From assembly GCA_001600815.1 (NCBI GenBank), contig BCKZ01000004.1, positions 186,001 through 250,000 on the forward strand: a stretch of DNA of 64,000 bases, in the 5' to 3' direction. The position numbers and the translations under genes were made by a program. The first letter of the stretch is position 1, and each line of letters begins with the position of its first letter. Positions 56,559-64,000 of this stretch are shown here, piece after piece. Below the pieces are notes generated by a model. That model saw only the letters and a program-made list of their open reading frames with translations, was not told the origin of the DNA and ran no database searches. The stretch comes from Alloascoidea hylecoeti (Eukaryota).

Positions 56559-59285
56559 ATGCCCTCCTGTACAAGAAGACAATCAGGCCCTGTCCCCATC
56601 GCCCCTTACAGTAAGCCTAGTAGTTCTACAATACACCACGATCATAATGTTATCCGCCCACACACCTACACACGAAAATCGAAAACGGTCAAGTCTTGTA
56701 CCTGTTGTCGTCAGCTAAAGATAAAATGCAACGCTTCCGTGGTTTTTCCGAGTCCATGCTCCAACTGCGCTAAAAAGGGCAAATCATGTGAAATTGATCC
56801 TCTGTTTAAACCTGTTCATAACACAACTACTGCTCATGTACAGTTACTACCCCGTCGGTCACATTCCCCAGTATCTACTGCAAATAACGTTAATAGTAAT
56901 AATAACACAAGCGCAGCAAAACATAAAGCGAGTCAATTGGAAGCTTTAAAAACAGAACTTGATACATTACGATCCGATATAAAACATTTATTACGTTCCG
57001 AATCAATATTAGCAAATGATGAAGCTGTTTTAAGGATATCTACAACCTTACCTTCTCCACCATCAAGCCGTACATCTTCTGTTGATGATGAATATGATTA
57101 TGCACATGAAGGTGATGTTTTTATCTTAAATTCTTTATCTTTATCAAAAGAAAAAGCTTTAAAGTTACTTGATACTTTTCTTAATGAATATTCAATTTAT
57201 TTGCCAGTTTCTTTTATAAATTTATCATCTTTACCAATAGATGAAATCTATAATAGATCTCCATTATTATTCTGGTCCATTTGTTTAACTTCTTGTTTAT
57301 CACCATCATCAATATTTCAAAATAATGATGGCGATGGAAGTGAAAATGAAAATGACCTTGAGATTTTATATTTGAAAATATCAAATAATATAATTAATCT
57401 AATACCAAAATTTTGTTTATTTGGTACTTCAAAATCAGAAATTTTAGATATTTATGCTTTATTAATTTTATCATCATGGCCATTACCACATTTGAACAAT
57501 GATAAATCTTATAGATTTGTTTCTTTATCAAAAACATTAGCAAATGAAATTGGTATTAATATTGGTTGTAATAGTCTTTTAGATGGTGATATTTTAGCTG
57601 AAAGAGATGTTGAATCATCATTTAATTCAATTTCAATTAAATCTAAAAATGATTTAACATCTTTAAATGTTCAATTATGGAATGGAATTTTCTTTTTAGA
57701 TCAATCATGGTGTGCAAATTTAGGTTACTCTTTAAATTCATTACCTGATTTTACAATTGAACAATTTATATCAACAAATATAAATGATAATTTAAAAGAA
57801 AACTCTTATGAATATAATAATATATTAAAATGGAAAAAAATTATGAAATTAATTGTATTTCAATCAAAATTAGTTCAAACTGTTTCATGTTCAACATCAA
57901 ATATAACAGGATTAATATCATCAAAGGAAAGAGTTTGTCAATTATTAATATTAAACTCTCAATTATCAACAATTTTTGATAATATGAGTATTAATATAAA
58001 TAGTATTGATAATATTAATGATTTATCAATTTTAATAACTTATCATTATATTAAATTAATTTTATGTTCTTATGGATTTTTAAATGATATTGAATATGAT
58101 GATCAATTACTTTTTGTACCAACTGCTTTTGAATCATCAATCAAGATTTGTGAATTACTTAAATCATTTATTGATTATAAAAATTTAAATTTAAATTTAA
58201 ATTCGAAATTTTATTTCCATCAGTTACCAATTTTTATAAGAAATCCTTTTTCATTTGCTTGTCTTACATTATTTAAATTACATTTATCATCAATGTTATC
58301 ATTTAAATCAATTAAAAAATCAAGAGATGTTATTATAAGTTCTTATAATTTATTAACAACTTCAAAAATATCATTAAAATTTGATGATATATCAAGAACT
58401 GTATCAATTTTAGAAAAATTAAATCTTGTTATATTAAATCATCCAGAAGTTATAATTGGTGATAGTGTTATATCTCATATGTCTGGTCATTCATCAGCTT
58501 CTTTAGTCTATGAATTAATTTGGTGTATACAACATTCAAATAAATTATCAAATGAATCAATTAAAAGTTTAAAAGATTCTAAAAAAATTTATAATTCTGA
58601 TAAAGATACTGGAATGACATTCAATTCATTTGATGAATTATTTAATTATAAGAATTTAAATGATAATGATAAATTAAGAATATTTTTAGGTAAACCATTT
58701 CAATTACCTTTTAAAAGACAATCAGATTTAGAATCACCACGTACACCATCAACACAATCAAAATCAAAATCTTTACCTCTGAATAAAATTGTAAAGCCAT
58801 CATCGAAGTATCAAAGGCATCAATCATTTTCAAACCATAATATAAAATCGGCTCAAGTATCACCAATTCTTCCAAAATCACATTCAGAATTTAGACCAAT
58901 ATTACCAAATCCAAAATCTAAAACTAATAAAAATAGTAATATCATTTCATTACCACACATTAATCAACTTTCAAATTATCAATTAGATTTTAAGAAAAAT
59001 GATGATGTTGCTGATCAATCTTCTTCTTTAACTGACTTATCAAAATATAATATCCATAAAGCAACCCCAAAAATTAATTCTTTGAATGTTCCTTTCTCTA
59101 AGAATATTAACAATTGCTTAAGCGCGATCCAATCCCCAACATATTTATCACCACAACAATCTCCAGATATAAGCAGAAGAAATACATCTATTTATAATAA
59201 TAATAATAATCATATGGAAGTTACAACTGGTTCTTTTGATGCTTTAATTCAAGGTGTTAATTGGGTTGAAAGAAACTCAATATAA
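56559..59285 (+). CDS. Zn2Cys6 transcription factor, Sef1-like
   Basis: SCTCCRQLKIKCNAS..FPSPCSNCAKKGKSCEIDPLFKP closely follows the Sef1 cluster; SPLLFWSICLTS and LLILSSWPLP in the middle-homology region. First ATG is 56559. Confidence 0.85.
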   Translation: MPSCTRRQSGPVPIAPYSKPSSSTIHHDHNVIRPHTYTRKSKTVKSCTCCRQLKIKCNASVVFPSPCSNCAKKGKSCEIDPLFKPVHNTTTAHVQLLPRRSHSPVSTANNVNSNNNTSAAKHKASQLEALKTELDTLRSDIKHLLRSESILANDEAVLRISTTLPSPPSSRTSSVDDEYDYAHEGDVFILNSLSLSKEKALKLLDTFLNEYSIYLPVSFINLSSLPIDEIYNRSPLLFWSICLTSCLSPSSIFQNNDGDGSENENDLEILYLKISNNIINLIPKFCLFGTSKSEILDIYALLILSSWPLPHLNNDKSYRFVSLSKTLANEIGINIGCNSLLDGDILAERDVESSFNSISIKSKNDLTSLNVQLWNGIFFLDQSWCANLGYSLNSLPDFTIEQFISTNINDNLKENSYEYNNILKWKKIMKLIVFQSKLVQTVSCSTSNITGLISSKERVCQLLILNSQLSTIFDNMSININSIDNINDLSILITYHYIKLILCSYGFLNDIEYDDQLLFVPTAFESSIKICELLKSFIDYKNLNLNLNSKFYFHQLPIFIRNPFSFACLTLFKLHLSSMLSFKSIKKSRDVIISSYNLLTTSKISLKFDDISRTVSILEKLNLVILNHPEVIIGDSVISHMSGHSSASLVYELIWCIQHSNKLSNESIKSLKDSKKIYNSDKDTGMTFNSFDELFNYKNLNDNDKLRIFLGKPFQLPFKRQSDLESPRTPSTQSKSKSLPLNKIVKPSSKYQRHQSFSNHNIKSAQVSPILPKSHSEFRPILPNPKSKTNKNSNIISLPHINQLSNYQLDFKKNDDVADQSSSLTDLSKYNIHKATPKINSLNVPFSKNINNCLSAIQSPTYLSPQQSPDISRRNTSIYNNNNNHMEVTTGSFDALIQGVNWVERNSI

Positions 59286-59436
59286 TATTCTTAAGTTACT
59301 TTTTTTTTACTCTTTTATCTATATTTTTATCTATTTTTCATTTTTTTTATTTTTTTATTTTAAAGATGTTGGGTTTACGTATGTTAATTATAATGTGATA
59401 ATGATGATACATTTATTTATTTATTTATTTATTTTT

Positions 59437-59468
59437 GTTTGTTTGTTTGTTTGTTTGTTTGTTTGTTT
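59437..59468. repeat. (GTTT)n microsatellite, preceded by (ATTT)n
   Basis: Read directly. Confidence 0.85.
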
Positions 59469-60012
59469 CTTTACATTTGATGAAATTGTCTACAGTATTA
59501 GTTAATGTGTCTTTTAATGGTGTTAGATGATAGATTATTAATAGTACATTAAATTAGCTTTGTAATTTATCATACCAATTCTACTTCGTTTCAGAGACTA
59601 ATATCGACCATTTCTTGAAAAAATAATCGGCCACCCACCAATTAAAGATAAATTTATACTACCAATGTTGGAATAGGAGCGTGCACACACACACTGTATC
59701 ACACATATTAGTGAGGAATCCATGGCAAATTGTCGAAACATGACCATTGTTGGACTTTGAGAGCGTTTATAAGGGAAGTTCCTACTTGTTCAGTTTTCAC
59801 TACAAAATTGAACATTTTGTCCCTCCGTACATCAGAATTTCACGCTCTGTTGATTACTTTGAAATAGTACTGAAACTTAAAAAGCTCATCATTCAAAGAT
59901 GGCCGATATTGAGCGAAATTAAGTGTTGTCGTCAGTATTGGCCCATAAATACAAAATCACTTTGGCGTCTACATGTATAAACATGAAATCTAGACAAATG
60001 ATCATGACATTT

Positions 60013-60103
60013 TGTTAAAGTTCAAAGTGCCTGTTCTCCCAGTTGCGCCAAAAAGCCAATCGACTCTTTAGTGAACTGTTCCAAGAGTGTAATATATCCA
60101 ACA
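60013..60103 (-). mobile_element. Solo LTR of the TRIM family
   Basis: Reverse complement of the 93-bp LTR with one substitution and loss of one TA unit (91 bp). Flanked by TSD CATTT (60008-60012, 60104-60108). Confidence 0.95.
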
Positions 60104-60434
60104 CATTTTGCCTATTTCCAAGATATAACATCACAATATAACGATTTTATAACTATATGCAGTTATTCAAGCGTAAAATTGATGTAAATAATGGCTGATC
60201 GATTTAGATCTGGAGACATATTATTGAATAAATAGATCAACATAAAATGGCACAATCATAAATAATAAGAAAAGCAAATACAATTACAGTCAGATGAAAA
60301 TGATGACTATAGGGAATACTAAAATAAACTGTAGAATTAACTGAAGATGAATTAAATACTCAGATCTATGCAATATTATTAAATACTTATTATGTATAAT
60401 TCATATATGAAGTTTATGCTATTTATCATTTTAA

Positions 60435-61019
60435 TCATATTACTTCAATAAAAATACCCAAAACAAATGAAGTAAAAGTAATTAAAGGAAGAATCAAATA
60501 TTTTGATTCCATGGGTCGTAAATTCGTAGCTAAAGATTCGCCAGTAGCAGATGATGTTTCAAGAGATGCTGTAAATGATACACTACCAGTATCAGATCCA
60601 CTATGTTTAGCCTTTGATGATGAAACTGCTACTTTAGAAGTTGTTACGGCTGTTGCTGTTGTTTTACCACTATTTAAACTGGACTCAATGGCTCGAGATT
60701 TTGTATATACAGAGTAAGCTGAGCTTGCTGAAGCGGCATATTTGGATTGGACACCGATTAAGTTTTGGACAGAATTAGATATGAAGGTTTGTTGGGAAAG
60801 GACAACACTGTCAGTGTATGTGATATATCCAGCAAGATTGTTAGCTGTGTAGCTTGTTGTTGCTAATGTTGTAGTCAATGCCGTTGCTGTTGCTAATGAA
60901 GTAGATGCTGCGACCGCAGCCGTTACCGCTATACTTTCTTCAGTATTTATAGGAGCTGCAACAGATTGGGAAATGATTGTAGCCAAAATCAAATTTAAAG
61001 TGAAGAGTAAGGAAAGCAT
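60435..61019 (-). CDS. Secreted Ser/Thr/Ala-rich cell-surface protein, probably GPI-anchored or C-terminally membrane-anchored
   Basis: Hydrophobic signal peptide, S/T-rich body, hydrophobic C-terminal tail. Confidence 0.75.
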   Translation of the reverse strand: MLSLLFTLNLILATIISQSVAAPINTEESIAVTAAVAASTSLATATALTTTLATTSYTANNLAGYITYTDSVVLSQQTFISNSVQNLIGVQSKYAASASSAYSVYTKSRAIESSLNSGKTTATAVTTSKVAVSSSKAKHSGSDTGSVSFTASLETSSATGESLATNLRPMESKYLILPLITFTSFVLGIFIEVI

Positions 61020-61626
61020 ATTGTAGTATTGTATTAGTTGAATGTGTAAACTTAAATGCTTATACTAATGAAATGATGATGATGATGATGATGGATTTAT
61101 GATACTAGACATTTCAGTTCTTTTATATTCATACTTGTCTATTGAATATTTGGTCTTTTGAATCTTAACAATGAAAAAAATGTTTGAAAAAATAGGTGGG
61201 CTTGTCTGCTGCTCTCAGGAAATTTGTTGCTATCAGCCTTCTTGTTTATTGAATTCTAAATCTGGAGGTTTTCTTAAAATATATGCAAGTATACAGAAAA
61301 AAGTTGGAGGAAGGTAAATATTATTTTAATAAATACACATAATACTTTCTCGGAGTGTATATTATATAGATATTGATTAATTTATAGCATAACTTATGTA
61401 CAACTAATCAGCTAGTATTTCATTGAACAACAGAGTTACCGAATAATAATAGCAATTTTCAATATACGAGTAATATGAATTATTTAATCGTAAATTACTT
61501 AAATACGACTATCATCCTATAATTTAAAATTATAACCTTATAGCATAGTAATTTTATAATGATTCTAGATTTATGTAAATACCATCTAGTATAATATTAT
61601 ACATATAAAATGGTACATTTATAAGG

Positions 61627-62493
61627 TTAAAAATTGTTCAAGATCCAATCAATAATGAATGATATACTAATAACGATAACAGCAAAAAGATAAAATACTA
61701 AAGAAGTCTGGGTTAAAAAGAAAATAGTGACAATAATTGAAGCAAAGATAAGTAATGCGGTAAAAACCAAAAACAATAATGTTATTGAGTCTTGTTGGAT
61801 GGTGACTGTTTGCGATCCATAGTAAATTGGAATTTTAGAATCGTTATAATTATTACCATTATTATTCGATATGAGTTCTAAAATCTTCTCAGGAAATCTT
61901 AATTGTTTCTCTAATAGCGATCTTATATGTTCTTGTTGTTCTTCATTCAATCTCAAATACAGGAAATTAGCTATATTTTTTAATAAATTTGCTTTGTTTT
62001 GAATGTTCTTTAACTGCAATTGGTTATACGTTTTTGATATCGCGTCACAAATTGGTATGTTGATTTTAACCGCCGGAAATTGTGCCTTCAAATATCTTAA
62101 AAACAGGTTATTGGCATCATAAGCGAATAAAATCTTGAATTTGAATTTGGTTGATTTATTTTTCTCGTCCCAATAAAAATATAGCTGAAAAGATATATGA
62201 TTATCGTTGTTAATATTTGAAATAGTAAGATTATTTATGTTGTCTATTATATCATATAATATCTTCATTTCATTATTCCTTGTGGAAAGGGATTTGTATA
62301 ATACTTCACAATCATAATTATTAACATTGCTATTTATCGTGTTAACGTTATTGACAAAATCATGATTAGTGTTGTTGGTTAAGCTTCTGGTTATTTCAAT
62401 TGGTGCTGCTTGTGTTTTATGATTAATAAGGGTAACGCTTAAATATATAGTTAATTGCAATTTGATTATATTTATGAAGTTTCTAAATCTCAT
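61627..62493 (-). CDS. Hypothetical membrane protein (signal-like N-terminus, two C-terminal TM helices)
   Basis: 288-codon ATG-initiated ORF in AT-rich DNA with clear hydropathy pattern; no family recognised. Confidence 0.6.
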   Translation of the reverse strand: MRFRNFINIIKLQLTIYLSVTLINHKTQAAPIEITRSLTNNTNHDFVNNVNTINSNVNNYDCEVLYKSLSTRNNEMKILYDIIDNINNLTISNINNDNHISFQLYFYWDEKNKSTKFKFKILFAYDANNLFLRYLKAQFPAVKINIPICDAISKTYNQLQLKNIQNKANLLKNIANFLYLRLNEEQQEHIRSLLEKQLRFPEKILELISNNNGNNYNDSKIPIYYGSQTVTIQQDSITLLFLVFTALLIFASIIVTIFFLTQTSLVFYLFAVIVISISFIIDWILNNF

Positions 62494-63024
62494 AATTAAT
62501 TATAAATAAGATATATATATCAGATAGAAATAGTTATTAATTTGAATGAATTAAATGATATAAAGTATTTAGGTCTAGAAAAAGAGTTTTCATATTTTGT
62601 ATAATATAACATAGATTATCTATAGGGTTGGATAGCGCTGAATTAAACCTCAAAATGTTTAAAGATCAAAATAAGCTTTCACAGTGAAATACCCACCATA
62701 TACACACCGTTTAGCATGTTTAGAAATATCTGGATCAGAATACATAGTATGCTCCTTGGTTTCCAACTTATGAAGCAATTGGAACAGAAATCTTAATCTG
62801 TTAGCTTGATCCGAAGTCCGATAAGTTTGACTAATGATTATTTATCCGTTTAAACAGAATCATATCGGAGTCTTACTATTCATTCCTACTATAAATACGT
62901 ATATTTTACTTTAAATTTTCTAATTTTAATAAGAAAAGTCACTTCATATTTATTATAGCAAAAAGTATTCAATTAAAGCTTGTCATAATATCATTTCAAC
63001 ATCAGCAGTCACTTAAACTTCGAC

Positions 63025-64000
63025 TTAAGGAATATAACCCATTTCCGATCCAACAATTTGTAGGGCCAATCTCTTTGAATAATATCTAGAAAGAGCTAGA
63101 TTTCCACCCATATACCAGAAATGTTCATGTCCAGATTGTCTCCAAATAACTTTTGTTTCACCTTCTTCATCGTATCCCCAAATGGGATTTAGTTTATCTG
63201 CAACTGTATCACCAAAGATCTTACGGGCTGTATCCTTCATGTTCCTATAACCGGTTGCTAAAACGACGATATCTAAATTATCAATAACTGAGCCATCTTT
63301 GAAAACAACTCCACTCTCTGTGAAATGATCAATTTCTTGGCCTCCTTTGACTTTAATATGCCCCTCAATAATTAATTTTGAGCATCCAACATCAATATAA
63401 TATCCACCTCCTCGTCTAAAATATTTACCAAATAAACCTGTGCCACCATAGCCGTAATCCAATTTAAATCCAGCTTTGGCTAAACCGTCAAGAGTTGCTT
63501 TATCTTTAACGGCAATTTGCCTAGTCTGTTGTTGGCCAATTAAGTTTGTTAAAGCTAATGGATTACCCATGTTTAGCATATCTGCAACATCAACAGGTGG
63601 TCCATCTTCTTCATAAACGCCCTTACAAATAACTCCAAGTCCGTCACCAGAAGATATAACACATGTATGAGATCTTTGAATCATCGTAACTTTTGCACCT
63701 TGTTCATAAAAGTCTTGACAAATGTCATGAGCCGAGTTACAAGATCCAACAACAATTGCATTTTTACCTTTCCAGTCAGCCCCTGTTGTATGTTGAGAAG
63801 AATGACAAATTTTCCCTTTAAAGATTTCTTGTCCTTTAAAAGTTGGTATATTTGGCTCACCTGAATGACCAGTTGCAAGAATAATATGATTTGGATGAAC
63901 AACTTTAATATCAGTAGGATCATTAACATTAGCAATTTCCACAGTCCAAGATTTTGTTTCAGGGTGATATACAGTACTTTTAACTGTTGTCTCATTCCAA
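63025..64000 (-). CDS. Flavin-containing monooxygenase (5' part beyond the window edge)
   Basis: ILATGHSG, FMO signature FKGKICHSSQH, NADPH motif VVGSCNSAHDI, VVLATGY. The frame is open to the window end. Confidence 0.92.
   Translation of the reverse strand, partial: WNETTVKSTVYHPETKSWTVEIANVNDPTDIKVVHPNHIILATGHSGEPNIPTFKGQEIFKGKICHSSQHTTGADWKGKNAIVVGSCNSAHDICQDFYEQGAKVTMIQRSHTCVISSGDGLGVICKGVYEEDGPPVDVADMLNMGNPLALTNLIGQQQTRQIAVKDKATLDGLAKAGFKLDYGYGGTGLFGKYFRRGGGYYIDVGCSKLIIEGHIKVKGGQEIDHFTESGVVFKDGSVIDNLDIVVLATGYRNMKDTARKIFGDTVADKLNPIWGYDEEGETKVIWRQSGHEHFWYMGGNLALSRYYSKRLALQIVGSEMGYIP

Overview
AT-rich eukaryotic chromosomal DNA from a budding yeast (Saccharomycotina-type gene content). I do not assign a species. 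Short 49-82 nt spliceosomal introns are common, so several ORF-track entries are exons of one gene. Conserved genes: DIF1/Spd1-like RNR inhibitor, CLA4, LRG1, APC1, peroxisomal SCP2, FRA1, a PEX11-family gene, HID1/ECM30, TSR2, a CinA-C protein, MET3, YAF9, cactin, MPP10, ISC1, PER1, BOR1, a SEF1-like Zn2Cys6 factor and a partial flavin monooxygenase. Accessory patches lie at about 1-2 kb, 19.5-28 kb, 33.5-37.3 kb and 59.5-62.5 kb. The most striking object is a 396-bp non-coding LTR element (TRIM-like) at 24618-25013. It has identical 93-bp LTRs, a 5-bp TSD, a PBS and a PPT. It also appears to carry a tRNA-type RNA polymerase III promoter (TATA and A box in the LTR, B box in the internal region), a T5 run usable as terminator in the 3' LTR, and a highly base-paired core. 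It sits inside the gag of a decayed Ty1/copia element with the same 12-nt PBS, and a solo LTR with its own TSD lies at 60013-60103. Also noted: a three-copy family of Zn-cluster-less fungal TF-domain genes (two copies form a ~2-kb inverted duplication), a disrupted nuclease-like/kinase gene, a divergent Rcd1/Caf40 paralog, and two probable pseudo-enzymes (Sec7 and lipase). All family assignments come from motif recognition by eye, not from database searches.
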